DNA from: a virus
Lineage: Duplodnaviria; Caudoviricetes
IMG/VR virus record: IMGVR_UViG_3300027898_000001
Strand: one strand, 5' to 3'
Length of the DNA: 64,000 nt
The position numbers were made by a program, and so were the translations under genes. The number at the start of each line of letters is the position of its first letter. Positions within the stretch are counted from its first letter, which is position 1. Of the stretch, positions 17,491-25,845 are shown in pieces. A model generated the notes under the pieces. It did no database searches, had not been told where the DNA came from, and worked only from the letters and a program-made list of their open reading frames with translations.

Positions 17491-18626
17491 TGGCTACTAA
17501 GCGCGATCCTAGAGTATACAAATGGTTTACGTATAACGGACGTAACCTGAAGTTGGAAACGGACGAACACGAATTATCTTTAACTAAGGGTGAAGTGTTT
17601 GGACTAAAGAAAGCAGGATCGCGCTATCATTTCGTAGATATGGATCGCGATGTTCAGATGCCTGTAGAAACTTTCGATGCAGAGCGTATGATTAAGAACT
17701 CTTCAGGTTATGCTGGACGTATAGGTAACTACAAAGTTGTTCCTGGCGTAGGTGGTTCGGATGTACCTAGACAAGAGAACGAAGTTCATATTGATAGTAC
17801 TATGTTCAAGCAGGGTTATTACGATAAAGTTAAAAAGACTCTAACATTAGAGTTTCGCAGTGGTGCTGTCTGGCAATATGAGAATGTATCTCCTAAAGAA
17901 GCCTTGTTGTTTGAAACCAGTAAATCTCAAGGCAGATACTACAACGACAAGATTAAGGATGTTAAGACGGGCCAACGCTTGCAAAGTCTTTCATCTAATG
18001 CTCCAATAGTTTATCGTGAGTATGAGTTACCGTCTCTGAATGAGCAACCTATGTTGCAATCCGCATTCTCTATAGGTGAGTCGGTTATGGTAGCATTTGG
18101 ATTGAGCGGCTTTTTAGCATTCTCTGATAATGTTGCTCGTGGTTGTGTCATTGCTGGTATACACTTTTACGAAGGTAAAGTAGCGTATGATGTTTATGTG
18201 CCTGTTGAGAAAACTGTTGACGGTGTTTTATACACATTGTTAACCAACATTGACAGCGTTGCTATTAATCCACCAATAGATAGTATGTCATCAAACTATA
18301 CGCTGCAGGCAGTTGTACAAAATATTAGTAAAAAGTTTGAAGCTAGTGTTGTGGATCGTACGGACGTTGGTGAAATGATTGAAGTAACTATACATACCAC
18401 ACCTGAAACTCATGCTAGTGTTCGTGCAACTATTTTACGTACAATGTTTACTGCACACTTCAAGCTAGATCATCAACCTGGTTATGAAGGTGTTAAATAT
18501 GCTTGGTTTATTTTCAATGATAACCGTGCAGTGTTGACTGACCATATAGATAAATTTGTTTTACTGCTATATAATGGTGATGAAACAGATGAAATCCCAG
18601 AAGCTATAAAGAAGCTGGCGCTTTAA
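17490..18626 (+). CDS. multidomain protein containing a KTSC domain
   Basis: STMFKQGYYDKVKKTLTLEFRSGAVWQYENV...SKSQGRYYNDKIK; N-terminal domain shared with the SprT protein at 26559. Confidence 0.8.
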   Translation: MATKRDPRVYKWFTYNGRNLKLETDEHELSLTKGEVFGLKKAGSRYHFVDMDRDVQMPVETFDAERMIKNSSGYAGRIGNYKVVPGVGGSDVPRQENEVHIDSTMFKQGYYDKVKKTLTLEFRSGAVWQYENVSPKEALLFETSKSQGRYYNDKIKDVKTGQRLQSLSSNAPIVYREYELPSLNEQPMLQSAFSIGESVMVAFGLSGFLAFSDNVARGCVIAGIHFYEGKVAYDVYVPVEKTVDGVLYTLLTNIDSVAINPPIDSMSSNYTLQAVVQNISKKFEASVVDRTDVGEMIEVTIHTTPETHASVRATILRTMFTAHFKLDHQPGYEGVKYAWFIFNDNRAVLTDHIDKFVLLLYNGDETDEIPEAIKKLAL

Positions 18627-18632
18627 CCAAAC

Positions 18633-18675
18633 AAACTCCTAATAATGTAAATACATAACACATTATTAGGAGTTT
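18633..18675 (+). promoter_or_regulatory. perfect 16-bp hairpin sequestering the RBS of the next gene, with TGTAAATA inside
   Basis: AAACTCCTAATAATGT (18633-18648) / ACATTATTAGGAGTTT (18660-18675); AGGAG at 18668-18672. Confidence 0.8.
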
Positions 18676-18679
18676 TTCT

Positions 18680-19198
18680 ATGGGCATTGTTTTAGCTGTT
18701 ATTGGTAGTCGTGGTATTGGGGAACCTGTTAGGTATACTAATGAAATTTACCCTACTGCTACTTTCTATCCTACGTATAAGAACATGGGTCAACTAAACC
18801 TAGTTTTCAAAGAATTAAATTCAACTATTAAACGAATCGTAGAAATAGAGTCTGCAAAGAATCCCGATTTTAATCCTCGAATTGATATATCTTTATCAAT
18901 AGGTGATGCGGATGGTGCAGATGAATTAGCTAGGATATGGGCAGTAAAGAATCAATTGAATTATACAGTGCATGTTGCTAAGTGGAAAGTATTTGGTAAA
19001 TCTGCAGGACACAGACGTAATCCTGATATTATTGCACCTGCTGATTATGTAGTTGCATTCTATGATGGTGAAAGTTCAGGTACTGCTGGTGGTATTGAGT
19101 ACGCAAAGAAACGTGAAAAGAAATTGAAAGTCATTAGGTATCTTAAACACGTACCTTATTTAGGATCGCGCACGAAAAAGAGAAAGGTAACAACATGA
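18680..19198 (+). CDS. SLOG-superfamily protein (YspA/DUF2493-like)
   Basis: LAVIGSR, GDADGADELA, GKSAGHRRNPDII..ADYVVAFYDGESSGT. Confidence 0.88.
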   Translation: MGIVLAVIGSRGIGEPVRYTNEIYPTATFYPTYKNMGQLNLVFKELNSTIKRIVEIESAKNPDFNPRIDISLSIGDADGADELARIWAVKNQLNYTVHVAKWKVFGKSAGHRRNPDIIAPADYVVAFYDGESSGTAGGIEYAKKREKKLKVIRYLKHVPYLGSRTKKRKVTT

Positions 19199-21081
19199 TA
19201 AAGTTTCCTAAACCGTCATTTCAACATTTAGGTGCATCTACAACTGTCGCCCCTTCGAGTGAAGGTTCACGACTTGGTTATGACAGTCGGGGTACTGTTA
19301 CTAAGAAGGTCCAGGCTATTACAAATAACTTTGTGTCAGAATCTAATAGCGGTATGCGAAACACACAGATAAGCCAAATGCCTATCGAAGTGGATATTGA
19401 CCCACTATTGAAAGACATTGTGTTTTCGGAAGATCTTGAACAGAAAAAGTTAGTTACCAGACTGTATCGCGATATTTATTATAACGATGCTGTTGGCGGT
19501 AGTGCAGTTGACTTGGTATCCACATTAGCATTTTCTGATTTAACATTGGGTGGTATTACTGATCCTATTGCAGAACGGCATTTCATGGAGACTATTGAGC
19601 GTCTTAATTGTCGCACATTGTTTCCATCCGCATCAGTTGACCACCTAGTAGATGGTGAGTTTATTGGTAGTATGCTTTACAATAAGACTTCAAAGAAACT
19701 ATTCGATCTTATGCCACACAGAAGCGACAACTGTAAGATAGATGCGTTACCTTTCTTTGAGCAGGACCCTATAATTACAGCCACGTTAGATCAAAGCGTT
19801 GCTGCACTGTTTTCAGGTGATAGTAAGCGTATAGCTAGTTTGAAAGCGCGCCTCGGTCCTGAGATAATAGACTTGCTATCGAAAGAAGCCATTGAACTCG
19901 ATCCAATGAGTACGATTCATGTACCAAGAAAAACATTCACAACTGGTGGGGGTGTTTCTTGGTTCAGACGTATATTGCCATTGTACTTAATTGAAAAGAA
20001 TTTGTTTCGAGGTACATTGGTTGAGTCCGCACGTAGACAGCGTGGTATATTACATATAACTCTCGGTGACGGTGATGCTTGGGAACCTACTCGCAGTGAT
20101 ATGGAATTCATAACTGAATTGTTTATGAACGCTGACTCGGATCCACTTGGTGCTATCATTGCAACTCGTTTAGGTGTTAGTACAGAAGAAATACGCCAAG
20201 GTGGTGACTTCTGGAAAGTAACTGATATATGGGATTCTACTGCAACATTTAAAATGCGATCACTAGGTCTATCTGAATCCCTTCTGTCGGGTGAGGCGAA
20301 CCTAGCAACTGCCGATGCTAACATGACAGTGTTCATTGATTGGCTCCGCACTTACCGTGATATGTGGACTCAGAAATTCTTCTACAACAAAGTATTTCCA
20401 CTTGTGTCGTTGTCACATGGCTATACGATCAACACTCGCGGTAAATTGATTCGTAAAGATGGTTTGATGACTGGGGATGTTCAGGCCAACTTAGATAGAA
20501 TGAATGACGGTAGTAGATTGCTTATTCCTACAGTACATTGGGCTAAACAATTGAAACCAGAAGGTGATAGTGCGTATATGGATATGTTGAACACACTTAC
20601 AGATAAAGGTGTTCCAGTACCGCTACGTGCGTTAGCTGCCGCAGGTGGATTTAACTTAGATAGCCTATTAGCAGATTCCAAAGACAACATTAATCTTATG
20701 GAACGTGTTATGACGTATGCAAAAGAAATTGCGGATGTTAAGAAGAAATACGGACCACAAGAGGCGGCAGATGATGGTTCTGCTCTAGCATCTACAGCAC
20801 AAGATACCGAGTTTGCTGCGCGTCAATTGTACAACATGCTTAATGGCGGTCGTTCCGCAGTATTGAATCAAGGTATGGGTAAACACGTAGGTTTAGCGTC
20901 ACGCGATTTTGGTGAAAGTAGTGAAATAACCACGCAGACTCGTACAGGTAAAAAGAAAATGGTGCACAACCAACGTGCTGCTAATAATCGTGCAAATGAT
21001 TCTATTAGACGTGCGGTTTCTAATATCACAGCTAACAAGAAGACACCATTAACACATTCAACTTATACACCACACAAGTAA
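19195..21081 (+). CDS. probable portal protein
   Basis: 628 aa downstream of terL; helical segments typical of large-phage portals (RDIYYNDAVGGSAVDL, KMRSLGLSESLLSGEANLATA); largely positional inference. Confidence 0.65.
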   Translation: MIKFPKPSFQHLGASTTVAPSSEGSRLGYDSRGTVTKKVQAITNNFVSESNSGMRNTQISQMPIEVDIDPLLKDIVFSEDLEQKKLVTRLYRDIYYNDAVGGSAVDLVSTLAFSDLTLGGITDPIAERHFMETIERLNCRTLFPSASVDHLVDGEFIGSMLYNKTSKKLFDLMPHRSDNCKIDALPFFEQDPIITATLDQSVAALFSGDSKRIASLKARLGPEIIDLLSKEAIELDPMSTIHVPRKTFTTGGGVSWFRRILPLYLIEKNLFRGTLVESARRQRGILHITLGDGDAWEPTRSDMEFITELFMNADSDPLGAIIATRLGVSTEEIRQGGDFWKVTDIWDSTATFKMRSLGLSESLLSGEANLATADANMTVFIDWLRTYRDMWTQKFFYNKVFPLVSLSHGYTINTRGKLIRKDGLMTGDVQANLDRMNDGSRLLIPTVHWAKQLKPEGDSAYMDMLNTLTDKGVPVPLRALAAAGGFNLDSLLADSKDNINLMERVMTYAKEIADVKKKYGPQEAADDGSALASTAQDTEFAARQLYNMLNGGRSAVLNQGMGKHVGLASRDFGESSEITTQTRTGKKKMVHNQRAANNRANDSIRRAVSNITANKKTPLTHSTYTPHK

Positions 21082-21091
21082 GGGGTTTCGT

Positions 21092-21448
21092 ATGTTGTAT
21101 AAAGATTTCATTAAACAATTAAACTTCGGTATGTTGATTAAAGGTTACCGAATTGAAAGTAGCGGTACTGAGGCCGAGATTGTCCAACGTGCTGCCATGC
21201 TTTCAAAATATACAGGCACATTTGAACATAAAGGCGACATTATCGGTGTACGTCCAATGTCTGTACAAGAACGTGATATGTTGAGTATCCATTGGGCTGT
21301 AGATGCTTTGCAGAAACAAGGTGATTCCTACGTTATCATAGGTCATGTTAGAGAACAGGGTTTGTTGGATAAATTCTTGTTTGACCCTACTGATGATATT
21401 GACACACGTTTCGCAGAACTGGGCTTTGTTGTACATAGTGAGGTGTAA
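21092..21448 (+). CDS. hypothetical protein
   Basis: AAGGGG SD; 118 aa. Confidence 0.7.
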   Translation: MLYKDFIKQLNFGMLIKGYRIESSGTEAEIVQRAAMLSKYTGTFEHKGDIIGVRPMSVQERDMLSIHWAVDALQKQGDSYVIIGHVREQGLLDKFLFDPTDDIDTRFAELGFVVHSEV

Positions 21449-21450
21449 TC

Positions 21451-21771
21451 ATGGATAAACGTATAAATTGGGCAACTCTTGATGCGGAAGAAAAAGCCCA
21501 GTATTTTGGTATTCATATTTTAAACTCAAAAGAAACAGTTTACGATTATGATTTGTTGCAGAAGTGTTTACTTCGCATTGACCTTGCCACTAGAAAGTTA
21601 TTTGTTAAAAACATGCTTAGTGAGACTGCGCACTCTGTTTATCAAGGTCTATCACAAGAGCAAGTGCAATCGGAAGAGACCATGTTGAACTATTACTTCC
21701 ATTTACTCGCAGCCGATCTTGATATGATGAGCAAATGTTTGTATTGGGCAGTACGTGGTGAGGGAGTGTAA
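21451..21771 (+). CDS. hypothetical protein
   Basis: GAGGTG SD; 106 aa. Confidence 0.7.
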   Translation: MDKRINWATLDAEEKAQYFGIHILNSKETVYDYDLLQKCLLRIDLATRKLFVKNMLSETAHSVYQGLSQEQVQSEETMLNYYFHLLAADLDMMSKCLYWAVRGEGV

Positions 21772-21958
21772 TGTTTTGGATCTTAAGTACAACTGTATAT
21801 TTGCAGGCATAGTTTTGGTATTGTGGTTAGCTGGTATCTTTGTACTCATTGGTATTCTGCTGATTATTATCAAAAACATAACAGTAGGTGCGTATAAATG
21901 GATGCAAAAATATTACACATTACAAATGAAATTGCTAGAAAGGCAAAAGAGCATCTAG
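21755..21958 (+). CDS. small single-TM membrane protein
   Basis: IFAGIVLVLWLAGIFVLIGILLIII; start uncertain. Confidence 0.5.
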   Translation: MVRECNVLDLKYNCIFAGIVLVLWLAGIFVLIGILLIIIKNITVGAYKWMQKYYTLQMKLLERQKSI

Positions 21959-22119
21959 CTAATGGTCGTGAACTGTGTGCTGGTGCGCTTATATACGACG
22001 CCTTCCCAACTTATGCAGACGCGCAAGAAGTATTCACACTGTTATTAAGGTCCGAAGACGCTAACATAGTAGAATCCGTACGCGGTCTTGTGAAGACATT
22101 ATTCGAGGGCTATATGTAA
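21898..22119 (+). CDS. small hypothetical protein
   Basis: AGGTG SD; stop overlaps the ATG of the spike gene. Confidence 0.6.
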   Translation: MDAKILHITNEIARKAKEHLANGRELCAGALIYDAFPTYADAQEVFTLLLRSEDANIVESVRGLVKTLFEGYM

Positions 22120-22919
22120 TGACTCTAGGACCTATAAACGCAACAAAGTATATGAAGCGACAAGGTCTTGATCCTAATATGGTTTACGAGGCTCTTGTCG
22201 TCAACAACAATGATGAACGTAAGTTTTGTCGTATACAGGCAAGAATTCCAGGATTATTTGATGGTATTGCAGATGCCGATTTACCTTGGGCAGTACCTAC
22301 ATTTAATCATGTGCAGGGTACTCACGTATCTGGCAACGAGTGGAGTGGTATAGCTTACGTACCTAGAATTGGACATAAAGTAGGTATTAAATTCCCACTT
22401 GCTGATGCGCATAAGCCGATGTGGGGGCCATATATTACAGATGCTCAAACTGCATTGCCTAGTATGGCAACCAATTACCCTGATCGAATTGTATTTCATT
22501 TAGATCACGGCTTTTACGTTATCATAGATTCAAGAACTAACGAAGTATTTTTAAATAATCCTGGCGATTGGAATATGACAATCTTGGGTGACGTTAATCA
22601 ATACATTGTTGGCAACCAACAACTTGTAGTTACTAATAACAAGAACGATATTCCTGGATATTTGTTGAATGCTCCTGATACTGTACTGAAAAACTTAAAT
22701 GCAAAACCTGCCAAGAAGATAAACTTTTCTGGACTACTATCTAAAGGTAATGCGGGGAATCAACATACAACTATCACAGGCGATCAAACTGTGCTTGTCA
22801 AAGGTAATCGTAAAATAGTTGTGCAAGGTAACGATACTCTCGAAGTTAAAAAGAATAAGATTGAAAAGGTTGCTATGACAAGTCGATCAGAATGCCAACG
22901 CTCGGAGACAAATGGATGA
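22119..22919 (+). CDS. baseplate central spike (gp5/gpV-like OB-fold plus beta-helix, no lysozyme domain)
   Basis: YEALVVNNNDERKFCRIQARIPGLFDGIADADLPWA (OB-fold) and 8-residue repeats TTITGDQTVLVKGNRKIVVQGNDTLEVKKN. Confidence 0.85.
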   Translation: MTLGPINATKYMKRQGLDPNMVYEALVVNNNDERKFCRIQARIPGLFDGIADADLPWAVPTFNHVQGTHVSGNEWSGIAYVPRIGHKVGIKFPLADAHKPMWGPYITDAQTALPSMATNYPDRIVFHLDHGFYVIIDSRTNEVFLNNPGDWNMTILGDVNQYIVGNQQLVVTNNKNDIPGYLLNAPDTVLKNLNAKPAKKINFSGLLSKGNAGNQHTTITGDQTVLVKGNRKIVVQGNDTLEVKKNKIEKVAMTSRSECQRSETNG

Positions 22920-23110
22920 CAACTGACAGTAAAAAGTATTTGAGCCAGTACATTATGTGGGGAGCTTTTCGCCACGATTCAGGTAACACTGAATTTATTA
23001 AGTCCACTAATCCAAGTCATGATAAATTTTTGTATCACGACCACAAAATGCAACCTCTTCCACCTAACTCAAGACACCTTTCAACTCAACCCTCAACCTA
23101 TATGATGTGA
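22916..23110 (+). CDS. small hypothetical protein
   Basis: GGAG SD, ATGA overlap with the spike stop. Confidence 0.55.
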   Translation: MTTDSKKYLSQYIMWGAFRHDSGNTEFIKSTNPSHDKFLYHDHKMQPLPPNSRHLSTQPSTYMM

Positions 23111-23116
23111 TTTACT

Positions 23117-23485
23117 ATGAAAATCGTTTATGCTGATGTATTAAAACAATTAAAAATTCTGTTAGAAGAAGCCGCAAAAGAAGATGGTGTTTCGCATGTT
23201 GCTATATCACAATCTGATATGCGTACCTGTATCACACATCTGGATATGCCTACAATATTCCCTAATTACGCAAATGAACGTGCTACTAGGGACGCACAAT
23301 ATCGCACACAGTTAAAGCAAGTTAATGGTCGTATTAATGGTAATCAATTGAACGATATTGAGAAGAATCAAATGTTTGACAGACAGTTGGATCTTGAAAC
23401 AGCAATTCAAAATCTCGCACAAGCTGTACCCTCAGAAGCCGTAGCGTTCAACGGAATCTTAGTAAAAGTATCCATGAAGGCATAG
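23117..23485 (+). CDS. hypothetical protein
   Basis: 122-aa ORF. Confidence 0.7.
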   Translation: MKIVYADVLKQLKILLEEAAKEDGVSHVAISQSDMRTCITHLDMPTIFPNYANERATRDAQYRTQLKQVNGRINGNQLNDIEKNQMFDRQLDLETAIQNLAQAVPSEAVAFNGILVKVSMKA

Positions 23486-23491
23486 CGAATA

Positions 23492-23561
23492 ACCACTCTT
23501 TTTACTCGATAATTTAAACGTGCATTAATGCAAGTTCATCTTTCAACCTTTAAAGAGTGGT
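23492..23561 (+). promoter_or_regulatory. 10-bp inverted repeat covering the RBS, with TAATTTA between the arms
   Basis: ACCACTCTTT (23492-23501) / AAAGAGTGGT (23552-23561); TAATTTA at 23510-23516; GGTGA SD at 23559-23563. Confidence 0.65.
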
Positions 23562-23569
23562 GACAAAAC

Positions 23570-25213
23570 GTGGATATTCATAACGGTAAGGCCGTAGGGT
23601 CTTTGACGTTGGCGTACACACCCACACTCCCAAATCATGCAGCTCGTCTGCAAGACATACAGAGTGCGAGTGCAGCGGCAGCGGCACCAATATTTATCAC
23701 AGGTGTTACTCCAACTTCTTCTGGTAACGTGGGCAGCGAACAGTACGTAGCTAATACTGTTCCTGCTAATATCGTTGTTACCGATTGTGTGAGTGACACC
23801 GCCAATGTGCGTGTGGCTTTCTTAGCGGAAAGTGGTGCTTCCTTCTACAGTATCGGTGTTACTTATAATAGTTCACCTGTTACTTCAATCTCTGAACATC
23901 CTACAGACAAACGTACCTTCGTTGGTTATGTTGACGTAGTTATGTCAGCTTCTGGCACTATCACACTTGTATCATCTACCGGCGCTACGGCGTCTGTTAA
24001 TGTTGTATTGAGTGTTGGTGGCCCAGCAGTTCAATCTCTGAACTTAGGTGCTAACCCAGGTGCTCAGACTGAATTGAAATCGGGTGATACTATCACTATC
24101 TCCGGTGTAATTGATAATACTGCTGTATCTGCTCAAGTGGTTAATTCTGGTGTAGCCGCTAGTGGTTCAATTGCATTAGGCGCTACAGATAGCGGTGGTG
24201 CTGGTTTTAAAACTTTCACAGGTACTGTGACCGTTGCTAACCGCACTGGTACGTTCGGTGTAACTATTACAGGTACTAACTCAATTGGTACTGTTGGTAA
24301 TCAGTTCACATCTTCAGCTACTAAAGTTCTTAATCAGACTTTCCCAACTGTTCCTGCTCCTACTTTCACCTATCCAGGTGGACAAGAAGCTGTCAAGTCT
24401 GGTCAAACAGTTACAGCAACTTCTAGCATTACAAATGCCGACTCTGTTAGCTATGCCTTTACACAAGGTACTGTTGCAGGTCCAGCTGTACTTGCTACGA
24501 ACAAAACTTTAACTTGCACTAACAACGTGTACCAAATAGGCACGAACAACTATACTATCACGGCTACCAAGTCATCTAACGGTGCTGTAACTGTTGTTAA
24601 TAGTTCAGTTGCGTGTGCTGGCGTTGCAGAACAAATCAGCATCAACATTACTGGTTCGCCTGTACGCTTACGCTCTGACGTTGCCGGTGCCGATTATGTT
24701 GTAAACTTAACAAGTAACCAAACTGTTCACAGTACACAAGTTCCTACTTTGGTAGCTCCTGTGGGCACATGGCAAGGTAGTTGGGTACTAGCTGGTAATA
24801 CGTGGTCTCGTACATTACGTATCATCGACGGTGCTACAGCAGGCACAACTGCGTTCACTAGCCTTAGCTTGTTCAACAAAGCATTGGTAGAAACAACTGT
24901 TATTACTGCAGGTGCTTCTTACACAGTTGGTGGTTTCGTATTGCGTACCATTACTTTCAATGCCTTCGCGCAACATATGCCAATTGGTGCTACTGTTGTT
25001 ACTAACAGTAAGGTACATGCGCAATATGCGGGTACAGGTAGTGATTTGACGTATCGTGCAGACACTGGCAATGCGCAAACTAGCTTCACATTGACAAACA
25101 GTGCTGGTGTATTCCAATCAACCGGAGCTACTGACCTGTTCATTAGTGATGCTGCGTTTGCCGGCTCTAACACATCTGGTACCCTCCAGTTGACAATAGA
25201 GGAGCTTGCATAA
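23570..25213 (+). CDS. putative virion structural protein (T/S/G/A-rich, beta-sandwich-like)
   Basis: 547 aa, very T/G/S/A/V/N-rich, Ig-like strand pattern. Confidence 0.65.
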   Translation: MDIHNGKAVGSLTLAYTPTLPNHAARLQDIQSASAAAAAPIFITGVTPTSSGNVGSEQYVANTVPANIVVTDCVSDTANVRVAFLAESGASFYSIGVTYNSSPVTSISEHPTDKRTFVGYVDVVMSASGTITLVSSTGATASVNVVLSVGGPAVQSLNLGANPGAQTELKSGDTITISGVIDNTAVSAQVVNSGVAASGSIALGATDSGGAGFKTFTGTVTVANRTGTFGVTITGTNSIGTVGNQFTSSATKVLNQTFPTVPAPTFTYPGGQEAVKSGQTVTATSSITNADSVSYAFTQGTVAGPAVLATNKTLTCTNNVYQIGTNNYTITATKSSNGAVTVVNSSVACAGVAEQISINITGSPVRLRSDVAGADYVVNLTSNQTVHSTQVPTLVAPVGTWQGSWVLAGNTWSRTLRIIDGATAGTTAFTSLSLFNKALVETTVITAGASYTVGGFVLRTITFNAFAQHMPIGATVVTNSKVHAQYAGTGSDLTYRADTGNAQTSFTLTNSAGVFQSTGATDLFISDAAFAGSNTSGTLQLTIEELA

Positions 25214-25214
25214 T

Positions 25215-25613
25215 ATGTCTACTCCATTTGAAATCTTTGTCCAGACAGAACTGCCAAAACGTCCGTATTTAGATACTGATGTTGCTGCCGAATCCGTCAT
25301 TGTTCGCCGCGGTGTTGGTCCTCGCCAATTGTCCGCAGTGCCATTGACAGAAGGTCAAGTGTTGGGTATGTCTGGTGGTGTGCTTGTTGGTTTGTCCCAA
25401 ACGGCAATCAACTACACTGTGACTACCTTCGCAACTGCTGCAACTACTTGGACTATTACACATGGTAAGAATAACAAAAATGTTATTTTAACTTTGCGTG
25501 ATGGTAGTGACCACGCAGTTGAAGCTGATGACATACAGTACAATGCAAATAGTATTGTTGTCACGTTTGCTGTCGCACAAGCTGGTACTGCTGTAGCCGT
25601 TTATCTAGGTTAA
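25215..25613 (+). CDS. putative structural protein
   Basis: GGAG SD, ATG 25215; C-terminal WTITHG...VEADDIQY..NSIVVTFA..AGTA domain common in phage collar/fibre proteins. Confidence 0.6.
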   Translation: MSTPFEIFVQTELPKRPYLDTDVAAESVIVRRGVGPRQLSAVPLTEGQVLGMSGGVLVGLSQTAINYTVTTFATAATTWTITHGKNNKNVILTLRDGSDHAVEADDIQYNANSIVVTFAVAQAGTAVAVYLG

Positions 25614-25622
25614 TAGCATTGT

Positions 25623-25660
25623 AAAAGGCACTCTGGAGCAATCCTCAGTGCCTTTTCTTT
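25623..25660 (+). terminator. Rho-independent terminator
   Basis: AAAAGGCACT/AGTGCCTTTT 10-bp stem, inner GGA-GCAA-TCC, T-rich tail. Confidence 0.85.
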
Positions 25661-25673
25661 TGTCTATAATAAG

Positions 25674-25681
25674 TGTAAATA
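25674..25681 (+). promoter_or_regulatory. candidate promoter motif TGTAAATA upstream of the structured RNA
   Basis: Between the terminator and the RNA stem; TATAAT also at 25665-25670. Confidence 0.45.
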
Positions 25682-25695
25682 AATATTAATAAAAT

Positions 25696-25826
25696 TTCTT
25701 TGTAGGTGGCTTTAGTTATATGTGAGTGCTGCGGAGCACAGGCGAATTGGCACGGTGGCACATCCTGTATTCGAAGGCAGGCAATTCGTTTCCGATAATC
25801 ATTTAGCTAGAGTCACCTCCAAAGAG
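25696..25826 (+). ncRNA. candidate structured non-coding RNA or leader (multi-branch, ~130 nt)
   Basis: Closing stem 25697-25722 with 25800-25825 (two mismatches, several G-U); hairpin GTGCT-GCGG-AGCAC; arm GGCGAATTG/CAATTCGTT; inner CCTGT-ATTCGAAG-GCAGG; G-U pairs point to the + strand. Confidence 0.65.
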
Positions 25827-25845
25827 CTTTTAAAGGAGATTAACT

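Noticed and set aside
19917-20351. Long antisense ORFs (also 12450-12800, 32516-32860, 39411-39785, 54490-54870 and similar)
   Set aside because: Shadows of strongly coding + strand genes; no RBS or domain pattern
21755-21958. Holin or spanin call for the small membrane proteins (also 2424-2654)
   Set aside because: No lipobox, no adjacent endolysin and no recognisable family motif
25726-25753. HDV-like/theta ribozyme suggested by a hairpin followed by GGCGAAT; also hammerhead and c-di-GMP-I riboswitch
   Set aside because: No room or complementarity for the P1/P2/P3 nested pseudoknot; GGCGAATTG pairs better with CAATTCGTT; hammerhead CTGAnGA/GAAA core and the second GCAAA/GNRA of c-di-GMP-I are missing
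25741-25790. tRNA gene suggested by the TTCGAA loop
   Set aside because: No acceptor stem, anticodon arm or canonical G-TTCGAAT-C closure; the surrounding fold is not a cloverleaf
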